From Bacillota bacterium (GTDB lineage Bacteria > Bacillota > Limnochordia > DTU087), in assembly GCA_012519025.1 (NCBI GenBank), contig JAAYQZ010000086.1, forward strand, positions 3,447 to 67,446: a stretch of 64,000 nucleotides of DNA. Reading direction: 5' to 3'. Made by a program: the position numbers and the translations under genes. The notes under the pieces are model-generated. The model saw nothing but the letters and a program-made list of their open reading frames with translations. It had not been told where the DNA came from and searched no databases. Below are positions 28,709 through 38,593 of this stretch, piece by piece (positions within the stretch are counted from its first letter, which is position 1; each line of letters starts with the position of its first letter).

Positions 28709-30646
28709 GTGAGCTTGGTATTATTGGAAGGTGTAAGTAAATATTTCGGCGATAGACAGATTCTATCCAAAATCACCGCGACTATTGAGCCCGGTGATAA
28801 AATCGGTTTGGTCGGACCCAACGGGGCAGGGAAAACAACCATGCTTTCCGTTATTGTGCAGGAGTTTTTGCCTGATGGTGGTCTCGTAAATGTATCTGGG
28901 CGCTGCCGCATTGGATACTTGCCCCAAAGGCCTAAACGGCCCCCCAAGACGACTTTAAGAAAGCTTTTGATGGGCGAGTTGGGGACAGTCGTAGAATTGA
29001 TTGAGCGCATGAGTGAGCTGGAGTCTTTGATGGCCGAACCGGAAATTTTCCAGGCACCGGCTAAACTGGAAGAAATCATGGGGCGCTACAGCCGTGTGCA
29101 AGATGAATTTTACCAAATGGGTGGGTACTCGTTTGATGTTAAGCTAAAACAAGTAATTTATGGACTGGGGTTTACTGCCGCTGATCTTGAGCGCCCATTG
29201 AATGAGTTCAGCGGCGGTGAGCAGGTCAGGGCCGAGCTTGCCCGACTGCTTTTAGCTGAATCGGAACTTCTGCTGCTAGATGAACCAACTAATCACTTGG
29301 ATATTGATGCAGTAGAGTGGCTGGAAGGGTACCTGAAAGCTTTGGACCAAGCAGTTGTAGTTGTTTCCCATGATCGATATTTCCTGGATCTGGTCTGCAA
29401 CAAGATTTGGGAATTAGAAGATGGCCAAATGCATCAGTATCCAGGCAATTTTACGGATTTTCAAAAACTGCGGGCGGAGAGATTGGTCCGCCAACAAAAA
29501 GATCACGAGGCGACTGTGTTGGAAGCCCGCAAATTAGAGGCCTATATTGATCGTTACCGTGCCGGCAATAGAGCAAGACAAGCCCAAAGCCGTCAAAAAC
29601 GCCTTGATAAGCTGGAGTTTGGGTCTTTGCCAAAGACTCAAAAGTCAATGCGGCTTGATTTGTCATTTGATACTCATACCGCCAGGCGCGTTTTAGATGT
29701 TGAGGATCTCTCCCTAGGCTATGACCTTGCCTTAGTCAAAGATATTAATCTTACCGTTTCCCGGGGTGAGCGTTTGGGGGTAATGGGCCCCAACGGTGTC
29801 GGGAAGAGCACTTTTTTGAAGACTATTGCCGGTATCGAGCAGCCGTTGGACGGAGTCTTCCAGTGGGGTGACGGTGTGAAGGTGGGATACTACCGACAGG
29901 GTCTTGATGATTTAGCCGAAGGCAATACCATTCTTGATGAAGTGCTTGGTGTAAGCAATCTACCCATTGGTCAAATGCGCAGTTACTTGGCCAATTTCTT
30001 GTTTACCGGTGAAGAAGTGTTCGAACAAATCAGGACATTAAGCGGAGGGGAGCGCAGTCGAGTGGCTTTGGCCAAACTGCTTTTGGCCAAACCCAATGTC
30101 TTGTTACTTGACGAACCCACCAATCATCTAGATATTCTCAGTCGGGAAGTTTTAGAGCATGCTTTGGAACGTTTTACAGGGACTATTATATTAGTGACCC
30201 ATGACCGCTATCTTTTGGACAGGCTGGCAACGAGACTGCTTGCTTTAAAGCCAAAGGGCTACGATCTGTTCGTGGGGACATACAGCGAGTTTCGGGCATT
30301 TAAAGCTGCTCAAAGACAGTCAGAAGTGGAGGAATTGGAGTCTTCTGCAGACTCTGCTTCCGGCAGCCGCCGCTCAGTGCAGAAAAAAACAGATACAAGC
30401 AAGCTTTTGGGCTACCAACAGGAGCTTGACGAACTTGAGGAATCAATCCTCTTGCTTGAGCAGGAGCAAGAAGCTGTTTTGGGGCAAATGGCGGTACCGG
30501 AGGTTTATGTGGATGGTTCTGCCATGAAGGATCTTGGTTCAAAACAAAAGGCTATCGGTGAGAAATTGGATGATTTGTATGAGCGATGGGGTCAGCTGGT
30601 TGCTGTGCTTGAAAGCAGGAGTTCGGATCTTGAAGCAGAAGAATAA
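28709..30646 (+). CDS. ABC-F family ATPase with two ABC domains and no TM domain. GTG start follows GGCGGGGAG
   Basis: Two Walker A motifs (GLVGPNGAGKTT, GVMGPNGVGKST) and two LSGGE signatures, separated by a charged linker. Coiled C-terminal extension. Confidence 0.8.
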   Translation: MSLVLLEGVSKYFGDRQILSKITATIEPGDKIGLVGPNGAGKTTMLSVIVQEFLPDGGLVNVSGRCRIGYLPQRPKRPPKTTLRKLLMGELGTVVELIERMSELESLMAEPEIFQAPAKLEEIMGRYSRVQDEFYQMGGYSFDVKLKQVIYGLGFTAADLERPLNEFSGGEQVRAELARLLLAESELLLLDEPTNHLDIDAVEWLEGYLKALDQAVVVVSHDRYFLDLVCNKIWELEDGQMHQYPGNFTDFQKLRAERLVRQQKDHEATVLEARKLEAYIDRYRAGNRARQAQSRQKRLDKLEFGSLPKTQKSMRLDLSFDTHTARRVLDVEDLSLGYDLALVKDINLTVSRGERLGVMGPNGVGKSTFLKTIAGIEQPLDGVFQWGDGVKVGYYRQGLDDLAEGNTILDEVLGVSNLPIGQMRSYLANFLFTGEEVFEQIRTLSGGERSRVALAKLLLAKPNVLLLDEPTNHLDILSREVLEHALERFTGTIILVTHDRYLLDRLATRLLALKPKGYDLFVGTYSEFRAFKAAQRQSEVEELESSADSASGSRRSVQKKTDTSKLLGYQQELDELEESILLLEQEQEAVLGQMAVPEVYVDGSAMKDLGSKQKAIGEKLDDLYERWGQLVAVLESRSSDLEAEE

Positions 30647-30676
30647 TCATGATATAATGCCTGTCCACATGGGGGG

Positions 30677-31543
30677 ATGCCGATGGTAAATGAAAGCCCT
30701 AGGGCTTGGCGTGTAGATAGTCCTCGATGGATGATTAGTGTGCCCCGGGAGCTGCTTACTGTTTACCATAAGGTAATTGGGTGTGAAGCAGTTTTGGTTT
30801 GGCTTCATCTTCAGTGCTGGGGTGATGCGAAAGAGGCACCAAATCTCGATACCTTGATATCTGAGCTGCAAACCCAGACAGGGTTCCAACCGGACACCAT
30901 TACCCTTGCCTTACACAAACTAGAACAATTTGAGTTGGTCAGGATGGATGAAAGAGTCATTAGATTGCGCTTACCTTTGTCAGAGGAACAGTTTTCCCTG
31001 CGCTTTGCCTCTGCCCTAAAATCAGAATCTCCACAAGAAGCCATGGAAGCAGCAGATTTTACCCTTGATGATGTCGTAGAGACAGTTTCCGCTGCTCCTG
31101 CAGCAAATGCAGTTCCAAACTCAGAAGATAATGCACCACTCAACGAAGACATCTTTGCCTCACCGGAGGCTGATTTGGAGGCAGTACTTGATTTGTACCA
31201 CAAGCGAATTGGGCTCATGGGCCCGAAACAGCGGGATATACTGCGTTATTGGGTAGAAGAGTCGGGCATGAGTGCAGAAGTTGTGGCAGCAGCTATAGAC
31301 ATTACAGCGCGACAGGCAGAAAATCCAAGGGTGCCCTATTTAGTAGGCGTTTTACGCAACTGGTATAATGATGGTGTTCGTACTTACGATGATGCTGTCA
31401 AAAAGTACCCGGAAATTACGGGAACTAAGGCACCCTCCAAAAGGGTCTATGAAGGTCTACCTAATGCTGGAGCATACGTGGAAGGTGACAGTGAACTAGT
31501 GAGAAAGTGGAAGGAGCTCTACCCCGATGAGTATAACAGCTAG
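30677..31543 (+). CDS. DnaD-domain replication protein. Overlaps the helicase gene start by 17 nt
   Basis: N-terminal winged-helix-like region and a C-terminal DnaD/DnaB_2-type domain (LYHKRIGLMGPKQRDILRYW...VPYLVGVLRNW). Confidence 0.6.
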   Translation: MPMVNESPRAWRVDSPRWMISVPRELLTVYHKVIGCEAVLVWLHLQCWGDAKEAPNLDTLISELQTQTGFQPDTITLALHKLEQFELVRMDERVIRLRLPLSEEQFSLRFASALKSESPQEAMEAADFTLDDVVETVSAAPAANAVPNSEDNAPLNEDIFASPEADLEAVLDLYHKRIGLMGPKQRDILRYWVEESGMSAEVVAAAIDITARQAENPRVPYLVGVLRNWYNDGVRTYDDAVKKYPEITGTKAPSKRVYEGLPNAGAYVEGDSELVRKWKELYPDEYNS

Positions 31544-32930
31544 CACGTGGGATACCAAGGAAAATGGAGTCCCTTTTGCTCCGGCTGATCTAGACGCCGA
31601 GCGCCGCGTTCTGGGAATCTTGATCAAGTATCCAGATAAGATTGATCTGGCGGTGGACAAGCTGCAGCCGCAGCATTTTCATCACCGGACTCACCGCATG
31701 ATCTACCAGGTTATTCTAGAACTGTACCATACCCGGGGTAGGATTTCTTATACACAAGTTTACGGCAAACTCCGTAAGGAGCAGGACATTGATGAGCTTG
31801 AGGAAGTGCTTGTGGCTATTACCGAATCCTTTGCCAGCCAGGCGGAACTAGAGCCTGGAATCGAGGTATTGGTCAGTAAAAATGCTCAACGGCAAATTCT
31901 CCAAGCTGCCCGGGAAATAGAAAAAATGATTTTACTTGAGCAAGAAGACAGTGTTGAGGCCTATCAAGCCAGGGCGCAAGAATTGATATTCGCTGCAACA
32001 AATGCGGTAACCAGTTTAGATGACGATGCCAAAGATCTGTTGCATGTACTCAATAAGTGTTACATGAATCTTTTGGAGCGTCGGGAGGGCAAAGAATCTT
32101 ACGGACTATCAGTAAGATATCCGTCCATCGATTCGTTTACTACAGGGTTTAAAAATAAGGACTTGATCATTTTGGCCGCTCGTCCCAGCATGGGTAAAAC
32201 GGCTTTAGCCCTCAACTTTGCCTCCAATGTAGGCAAACGCGATATCCCAGTACTGATCTTTAGTCTGGAAATGGATGACGAGCAAATTGGAGATCGCCTA
32301 GTGTTGAGCGAGCTTTTCCGATTTAAAGGTCAAGGCGCCCAAGAAGTAACATCGTTTGACTATGCGACTCGAATGAGTGACGCTCAATTTGCTGCCACCC
32401 AATCAGTTTTTAACGATCTGTACAAATTGCCCATCCAAATTGTGGATAGACGCGGGTTAACAGTAGCGGAGATGCGGGCTAAGGCTCGAAAGGTCAAAGC
32501 CGAACAGCCAGATCTGGGGCTGATCATCGTCGACTATTTGCAGCTGATCAAACCACCACCGGAAAGCAGGAAAAATTGGGCATTAGTCGTGGGAGACATT
32601 GTGCGTGAGCTTAGGGATCTTGCCGGTGAATTAGATCTACCGCTGGTCCTGCTTTCCCAACTAAATCGGGGTGTTGAAAGCAGAGACGACAAACGGCCCA
32701 TGATGTCTGACCTAAGAGACAGCGGGAATATTGAAGAGTTTGCTGATGTAATCATGTTTTTGTATAGGGAGGACTACTACTACCCGGAGCGAGCTGCGGA
32801 AGAGGGTTTGGTGGGTGAAACCGAAATTATCTTTGCTAAGCAGCGCAAAGGTCCCACTGGCAAAGTGAAGCTCAGATTCCAAAAAGAATATACCCGCTTC
32901 GTTGAAGAGGCAAGTTGGGAAGTGGGCTGA
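31527..32930 (+). CDS. dnaB: Replicative DNA helicase (DnaB family; dnaC in B. subtilis nomenclature)
   Basis: Walker A motif ARPSMGKTALALN and RecA-like motifs (LIIVDYLQLI, SQLNR). 467 aa. Confidence 0.9.
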   Translation: MSITASTWDTKENGVPFAPADLDAERRVLGILIKYPDKIDLAVDKLQPQHFHHRTHRMIYQVILELYHTRGRISYTQVYGKLRKEQDIDELEEVLVAITESFASQAELEPGIEVLVSKNAQRQILQAAREIEKMILLEQEDSVEAYQARAQELIFAATNAVTSLDDDAKDLLHVLNKCYMNLLERREGKESYGLSVRYPSIDSFTTGFKNKDLIILAARPSMGKTALALNFASNVGKRDIPVLIFSLEMDDEQIGDRLVLSELFRFKGQGAQEVTSFDYATRMSDAQFAATQSVFNDLYKLPIQIVDRRGLTVAEMRAKARKVKAEQPDLGLIIVDYLQLIKPPPESRKNWALVVGDIVRELRDLAGELDLPLVLLSQLNRGVESRDDKRPMMSDLRDSGNIEEFADVIMFLYREDYYYPERAAEEGLVGETEIIFAKQRKGPTGKVKLRFQKEYTRFVEEASWEVG

Positions 32931-32969
32931 TAGCCGCTGCTGCCTTAAGATTTGCATTGGGGGGCTGTT

Positions 32970-33188
32970 ATGGAACTCTTTGAGGAGTTGGAGCGGATTA
33001 AGATCAGATTTGTAGCAGCATATGATAAGCTGGTTGCAGAAGGGCTGTTATCAGAGGCGGCTTATATGGAAATCATGGAAATGATAGATGATCTTGATCA
33101 GTACAGCATTGAAGAGTTAAAGGAGAAGCTGGGGCAATTCCAAAGAATGCGAGATTTAGGCAATAACCAAGATGTAAGCTCATATTAA
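32970..33188 (+). CDS. Small acidic helical protein, hypothetical
   Basis: ATG preceded by GGGGGG. 72 aa. Confidence 0.3.
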   Translation: MELFEELERIKIRFVAAYDKLVAEGLLSEAAYMEIMEMIDDLDQYSIEELKEKLGQFQRMRDLGNNQDVSSY

Positions 33189-33223
33189 TTACTATACATG
33201 TATTTAGGTTGGAGGTTGGCGCT

Positions 33224-34237
33224 GTGGGTTCGACGCCAATGGCTAAAAACAGGCGGCACAAACTTATCTTAGGTGTCGTAATGCTGGTTGTGTTCCTCGG
33301 TTCCGGGTTATATTTTACTATGGTTAAAACGGTTACTATTACCGCAGATGGCGAACACCTGTCAATTACATCCCTCGCTGGTAGAGTGGAGGATGTGTTG
33401 CAGGTCGCCGGCATTGCCCTTGAAGACGGCGATGTGGTAGAGCCGGACCTGGATCAAAAATTGGTCAAGGGTATGGAAATTCAGGTTCAACGAAGTTTCC
33501 CTGTTGCAGTGGCAGTTGATGGCGACGTGATCAGCACACGATTTACCGGAGGTACCGTGGCAGAGCTGTTGAAACAGCTCGGCGTCCGAGTGGAAGATCT
33601 GGATCTTGTCGAGCCTGCGCTCACATGGAAACTGAATTCTGATCTACCGCAGGATATATATATCACACGTATTACCAAAGATCACGTCGTGGAAGAGCGG
33701 GAAGTGGCTTTTGGGAGCAAGCAATGGGCTGAACCCACACTTGAAAGAGGTAAAACTAAGCTGATTCGCAAAGGGCAATCTGGCAAGATTCATGATACTT
33801 TCGAGGTGGTTTACGCCGATGGAGAAGAAATAGAACGCACGTTGGTCAGCTCACTTGTGGTACAAGAACCTCGGGATGAGATTATAGGGCTCGGTACCAA
33901 AGAAGCCTGGAACACCATAAGTGCTGATGGAAGTGCAATTCGCTACCGCGATGCTGTCGATATGACTGCGACCGCCTATTACCCCGGCCCGGAAAGCACC
34001 GGTGAGTGGGCGGATGGCTACACTGCCACAGGTGTCAAAGCAGGTTATGGGATTGCGGCTGTGGACCCAAAATTAATACCTTTAGGAACTCGGCTGTATG
34101 TTCCCGGCTATGGCCACGCGCTTGCAGCTGATGTGGGAGGTGCCATTAAGGGAAAACGCATAGACCTTTGCTTTGAAACTTACCAAGAAGCAATTCAATA
34201 CGGCCGACGGGAAGTAAAAGTATATATCCTGGATTAA
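33224..34237 (+). CDS. yabE: YabE-like cell-wall protein (DUF348 repeats, G5, 3D domain)
   Basis: N-terminal TM segment, a G5 domain, and a C-terminal 3D domain (YTATGVKAGYGIAAVDP..IPLGTRLYVPGYG..ADVGGAIKG..IDL). Sits upstream of ksgA, as in B. subtilis. Confidence 0.7.
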   Translation: MGSTPMAKNRRHKLILGVVMLVVFLGSGLYFTMVKTVTITADGEHLSITSLAGRVEDVLQVAGIALEDGDVVEPDLDQKLVKGMEIQVQRSFPVAVAVDGDVISTRFTGGTVAELLKQLGVRVEDLDLVEPALTWKLNSDLPQDIYITRITKDHVVEEREVAFGSKQWAEPTLERGKTKLIRKGQSGKIHDTFEVVYADGEEIERTLVSSLVVQEPRDEIIGLGTKEAWNTISADGSAIRYRDAVDMTATAYYPGPESTGEWADGYTATGVKAGYGIAAVDPKLIPLGTRLYVPGYGHALAADVGGAIKGKRIDLCFETYQEAIQYGRREVKVYILD

Positions 34238-34303
34238 AGGTAAAGATTGTTTACGGGCAGGAAACTCCTGCCCATTTTCATAGAAAGCGGTGAATGTTTG
34301 CAA

Positions 34304-35230
34304 GTGAATAAGACAGCGGTGGATACTTCCTTAGCCAGCCCCAAAGCAGTAAATGAGTTAATCGAAGCCCATGGCTTTACTTTCAGGCGTTCATTGGGGC
34401 AAAACTTCCTGATTGATGGCAATATATTGCGCAGCATTGTTCACATTGCAGATATTAATCAAACTGACACCGTTGTGGAGATTGGGGCAGGTATTGGGAC
34501 CCTTACCCGTGCTTTGGCCAGCTTAGCCAAAAGGGTGTTTGCTTTGGAGATTGATCAGCGCCTTAATCCTGTATTGGCGGATACTGTGGCCCAGTATGAT
34601 AATGTTGAGCTGCACAATGCCGATGCTCTTGAAATGGATTGGCAGGCCTTTTGGTTGGAGCACAATCTTGGGAAAGTGAAGCTTGTAGCCAATTTACCTT
34701 ACTATATCACATCGCCGCTTCTAATTAATCTGTTTGAAGCCGAACTCCCTCTGGAGAAAATGGTTGTCATGATGCAAAGAGAGGTTGCCGAAAGGCTTGT
34801 GGCTGAGCCCGGTACTAAGGCATATGGAACCATAAGCGTTTTGGCCAACTATTATAGCGATGTAAAAGTTTGTCAGATTGTGCCTCCAACTGTGTTCATG
34901 CCCCGTCCTGCAGTGGACTCAGCTGTAGTCATGTTTACCATCAATCACAATAAACACGAGACAGTTGACGGTGCTTTATTGTGGCAGGTTATTAAAGCCG
35001 GATTTGCCCAAAGAAGAAAGACGCTAATCAATTCAATGGCCTCGGCTTCTCCCTTCAAAGGTTCCATAGAAAAAACGGAATTGAGAAGCCTTTTAGAAAG
35101 CTCTGGAATCGAGCCGGATGTGCGGGCAGAAAGATTGAACGTAGATGATTTCGTGACTTTAACCAGTCGTTTGGCAACCATGTCAGGGGTATCAAACCAG
35201 GAAAAGGGATGGTCAAATGAAAGACAATGA
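34304..35230 (+). CDS. rsmA: 16S rRNA (adenine1518/1519-N6)-dimethyltransferase RsmA/KsgA. The GTG start is chosen over the longer ORF-track start at 34247
   Basis: Motifs SLGQNFL, VVEIGAGIGTLT and NLPYYITSP. Confidence 0.85.
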   Translation: MNKTAVDTSLASPKAVNELIEAHGFTFRRSLGQNFLIDGNILRSIVHIADINQTDTVVEIGAGIGTLTRALASLAKRVFALEIDQRLNPVLADTVAQYDNVELHNADALEMDWQAFWLEHNLGKVKLVANLPYYITSPLLINLFEAELPLEKMVVMMQREVAERLVAEPGTKAYGTISVLANYYSDVKVCQIVPPTVFMPRPAVDSAVVMFTINHNKHETVDGALLWQVIKAGFAQRRKTLINSMASASPFKGSIEKTELRSLLESSGIEPDVRAERLNVDDFVTLTSRLATMSGVSNQEKGWSNERQ

Positions 35231-35699
35231 CTTTATAAGCCCTTCTAAAGGAAGACTTTCTTTTGATGAGGTTTTTTACGACATGATGCAGTACATTCAC
35301 GAGTCACCGGACTTTGAGTACAAGGTGATTATTGGAACCGATTCACAGTACAGCCAGGAAAATACATGCTTCGTAACAGCGATTATAGTCCACCGGCTGG
35401 GAAAGGGTGGGCGCTACTATTACACCCGAAACTGCGAATTTATAGGACGTTCACTGCGGCAACGAATTTTCTACGAAACCTCTCGCAGTTTAGCCCTAGC
35501 AAGTTGGGTGGCTGAGAGATTAGCTGAAAATGGGCATGCTGATCTAAATGTTGAAATACACTTAGATGTAGGAGTCAATGGAAAGACTAAAGGTTTGATT
35601 CGGGAGGTAACAGGTATGGTTATCGGTAGTGGATTTGATGCCAGGATCAAACCGAATTCGTTTGGAGCCTCCAAAGTGGCTGATAAATTTACAAAATGA
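35217..35699 (+). CDS. DUF458 (YkuK-like, RNase H-like fold) protein
   Basis: 160 aa, KVIIGTDSQY core. Overlaps the rsmA stop by 14 nt. Confidence 0.55.
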   Translation: MKDNDFISPSKGRLSFDEVFYDMMQYIHESPDFEYKVIIGTDSQYSQENTCFVTAIIVHRLGKGGRYYYTRNCEFIGRSLRQRIFYETSRSLALASWVAERLAENGHADLNVEIHLDVGVNGKTKGLIREVTGMVIGSGFDARIKPNSFGASKVADKFTK

Positions 35700-35930
35700 T
35701 TTTTTAACTGCTCAGATCACCCCGCAATCACTCTTCACTTTCAACCCGGCCTGTTTTGGGGGTCAGCACAGAATTTTGGCCCCGTCATAAACTACTAATA
35801 ACCAGGCCCTTATACCCTTCTGTCAAAATACACTTCGAGAACTGAATAGACACGCACTACAAATGTATGCCTGTCCTAGGGATAGATGTGTTTGATTTTG
35901 CGTAAATTGGGCCGGTTGGAGGTATTGCGT

Positions 35931-36761
35931 ATGCCAGGTGGCAAAATCCTGCTTAATGGACGTGTCTGGCAAGATGCAGTGAAAATAGAGGAAAGAGACG
36001 GCGTCATAATGGTGCCTTTCTATATAGGAAAACAGCTGGGAGACCATACCAACCGTCAGCTTGATTTTGATCATCCGATCATTTTATCAGACAGAGGTGG
36101 TGGGGGTGGTGACTGTGTTTGGCTGTCGGTATCTGCAGTCACCCATCATCTCGATTTAAGATGGACCTATTTAGCGAAAAGCAGAATTCTAATCCTGAGC
36201 CGAGAGGAACCCGCCTTGCGCGGTAGGCGGATTGTCTTGGACGCCGGCCCGGGCAATGAAGGGGCAGGATCAAGCATCGGCAAGCAAACCGAGGCTGATT
36301 TGAACAGGGACACAACACGAAAACTTGCAAACATTTTAAGGCTCAGCGGAGCCCTGGTTTGCTGTACCCGCATAGCCGGAGAACAGGCAGTTTTAGAAAA
36401 ACGCTTGAAAGCTGCAAATAACTTTCGGCCGGATATTTTTATCAGCATTCACCAAAACAGCTTCTTTAATGAACAGGTGAATGGTACAGAAATCTATTGG
36501 TACAGCAATTGGGCTGCTTTCAATTTGGCACAGCACATTCAAACCCATCTGCTTGCTGAGCTGGGCACAATCAACCGAGGTGTCAGGGAAGCAGCTTTTT
36601 CTTTACTGCGCTATGTTGAGGGAGTTCCCGTCTTGCTCAAGCTGGGATTCGTCAGCGGGCAGGAAGACAGGGCGGTTATTGGTGACCCTTGGATGAGGCA
36701 AAAGGCGGCATTGGGCATATTTCGGGGAGTAAGGGAATATTTCGAAGAAAACCTGGCATAA
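35931..36761 (+). CDS. N-acetylmuramoyl-L-alanine amidase (Amidase_3), CwlD-like
   Basis: C-terminal Amidase_3 motifs (IFISIHQNS.., GTEIYWYS, LL.LGFVS..ED). ATG 8 nt after GGAGGT. Confidence 0.65.
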   Translation: MPGGKILLNGRVWQDAVKIEERDGVIMVPFYIGKQLGDHTNRQLDFDHPIILSDRGGGGGDCVWLSVSAVTHHLDLRWTYLAKSRILILSREEPALRGRRIVLDAGPGNEGAGSSIGKQTEADLNRDTTRKLANILRLSGALVCCTRIAGEQAVLEKRLKAANNFRPDIFISIHQNSFFNEQVNGTEIYWYSNWAAFNLAQHIQTHLLAELGTINRGVREAAFSLLRYVEGVPVLLKLGFVSGQEDRAVIGDPWMRQKAALGIFRGVREYFEENLA

Positions 36762-36797
36762 ATGTAAAATTCTTGTTGCAAGCGTCTTTAAAGGTGC

Positions 36798-36827
36798 TTG
36801 ACAAAGGGAGAAACTCGCTGATATAAT
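36798..36827 (+). promoter_or_regulatory. veg promoter P1 (SigA consensus)
   Basis: TTGACA, an 18-nt spacer, then TATAAT. Confidence 0.5.
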
Positions 36828-36837
36828 ACAAAGTTAT

Positions 36838-36866
36838 TTGACGTGAGCGCCGGATCGTGGTATAAT
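36838..36866 (+). promoter_or_regulatory. veg promoter P2 (SigA consensus with extended -10)
   Basis: TTGACG, a 17-nt spacer, then TGgTATAAT. Confidence 0.5.
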
Positions 36867-36899
36867 TTTCTTGGCAAAGTAAAGGGAGGGTGATTGCCG

Positions 36900-37166
36900 A
36901 TGCCAGCACAAAATGCCAAAAATTTGGACACCATTAAAAAGGATCTGGAAGCAAACGTTGGCCGGAAGATCAAATTGCGAGCTAACCGCGGCCGGCGAAG
37001 AATGATTGAGGCCGAAGGAGTGCTGGAGCAGACCTATCCCAAGCTTTTTGTGGTGAAATTAGATAAATCCAATGCAGTCCGCAGACTTTCGTACACCTAT
37101 GCTGATGTCCTGACAGAAACAGTGGAAATTACTATCGGTGATAAGCAAATTGGAGCCGCACTCTAA
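36900..37166 (+). CDS. veg: Veg protein
   Basis: 88 aa. Signature TYPKLFVVKLD...RLSYTYADVLTETVEI matches B. subtilis Veg. RBS GGGAGGG. Confidence 0.85.
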   Translation: MPAQNAKNLDTIKKDLEANVGRKIKLRANRGRRRMIEAEGVLEQTYPKLFVVKLDKSNAVRRLSYTYADVLTETVEITIGDKQIGAAL

Positions 37167-37214
37167 CTGCCGCTTTTTGTGTAAGGATTCTTAAGGTGTC
37201 CCATCTTAATATCG

Positions 37215-37256
37215 ACCCCAGGTGATCTTAACGATTGCCTGGGGTTTCGTTTTTTG
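37215..37256 (+). terminator. Rho-independent terminator after veg
   Basis: CCCCAGG ... CCTGGGG stem followed by TTTCGTTTTTTG. Confidence 0.6.
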
Positions 37257-37320
37257 TGAATGCCGGCGTCTTATTCGCAATAACCTCTGCATATGAATAT
37301 GTACAAAGGGGGCCTAGTGA

Positions 37321-38553
37321 ATGAGCAAGCGGGCTTGGCAACCACGAGCAAATACGATTTTAAGGTTGGGGGCCCGGGGACAGCCCGTGGTTTGGCTCCA
37401 AAAGCGCTTAGAGGCCCTGGGTTACGACGTAGAGGCGGTAGATGGTCATTATGGGTATTTGACAGAAGACAGTGTCTGTGTTCTGCAAAAGACCTTTGGT
37501 TTGCCTGTTGATGGGGTAGTGGGTCCACAAGTGCTTGAGCTTTTAATGGATGACGAAGTAATAGATGGTGCCCACGCCGGTGGTGTTCCCCAGATGGACT
37601 TGTGGGGAGGCATTATCCCGGCCCCAAACGAGGGTCCTCCAGTTGGGGTCAATTGGGAATCTTATCAAAGGCTGCGGGGGCTGTTTTTACAGTGCTGCCA
37701 ATTGGATATTTCCGGAGAGTTATTATTAGACGTACCGGCAGATGTTTACGGGCCCTTGGCAAAGCAAGTAGAGCTAATTCCCCTAATAACCAATTTAGAA
37801 ACGGATCTTTACAACGCCGATATACTGCATGGGCTGCTGCGAAGCAGACACTCCCGGCGCCGGTTCCTGACTGAAGTAAAACGGTTGGCAGAGAGCCGCA
37901 TATACAGCGGCATAGCGGTGGATTTGCATGGAATAGAGATGGGATATGGAAGGCGTTTAACAGTTGTGATTAAAAACATTTGGAACATGTTACAGAAATA
38001 TCGCAAAAAGCTTTACTTGACTTTAGTGCCAAGTGAGGGCCCAAATCCTTTCCCCCCACACACTGATCATTCCATCTGGACAAAGCTCGCTCACAGAGTG
38101 ATTCTGCATCCCTTTGGCGAGTATATCACGGGCACACCAGGTCCAAGGGTAGGTTGGAACAGCCTTCACACACTACTGCCTAAAATATCTCAACAGATTC
38201 CGACATGGAGGCTGATCGTAACTTTGCCTCTCGGGGGTATCGCTTGGGTGGTAGGCGGCGGTCTGCGGGAGTACATCTATTATCCTTATGATGAATTGAG
38301 AACAAAGGCATATGAAAAGCGTGCACGCCTGCAAAGTGATGCCGTGGAAAAAGTCCCATATTATGATTTTCGCGAAGGCGGAAAGCGGCTTCGGATGTGG
38401 TATGAGAACCATGATAGTCTTGAGGTTAAACTTACATGGCTGAGTCAACAGCACATTGCAGGAGTGATTTTAATGCCGTTGGGCTGGGAAGATGGGCGCA
38501 TTTGGCAAGCAGGCAGTATTTTCCAATATAGTTTGCGGGGTTCCGGCATATGA
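37321..38553 (+). CDS. Peptidoglycan-binding (PG_binding_1) protein with a divergent glycosyl-hydrolase-like C-terminal domain
   Basis: N-terminal LQKRLEALGYDVEAVDGHYGYLTEDSVCVLQKTFGLPVDGVVG is a PG-binding domain. The C-terminal roughly 300 aa are weakly GH18-like (SGIAVDLHGIE), but the DxDxE catalytic spacing is not preserved. Confidence 0.5.
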   Translation: MSKRAWQPRANTILRLGARGQPVVWLQKRLEALGYDVEAVDGHYGYLTEDSVCVLQKTFGLPVDGVVGPQVLELLMDDEVIDGAHAGGVPQMDLWGGIIPAPNEGPPVGVNWESYQRLRGLFLQCCQLDISGELLLDVPADVYGPLAKQVELIPLITNLETDLYNADILHGLLRSRHSRRRFLTEVKRLAESRIYSGIAVDLHGIEMGYGRRLTVVIKNIWNMLQKYRKKLYLTLVPSEGPNPFPPHTDHSIWTKLAHRVILHPFGEYITGTPGPRVGWNSLHTLLPKISQQIPTWRLIVTLPLGGIAWVVGGGLREYIYYPYDELRTKAYEKRARLQSDAVEKVPYYDFREGGKRLRMWYENHDSLEVKLTWLSQQHIAGVILMPLGWEDGRIWQAGSIFQYSLRGSGI

Positions 38554-38593
38554 ATGGAGTGTTAGGAGGGAAGGATTAAAGGGGGCAGGGTAC

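Noticed and set aside
37167-37320. Looked for a ydaO-type c-di-AMP riboswitch upstream of the cell-wall hydrolase-like gene
   Set aside because: The leader is only about 60 nt after the veg terminator and lacks the conserved ydaO pseudoknot motifs.
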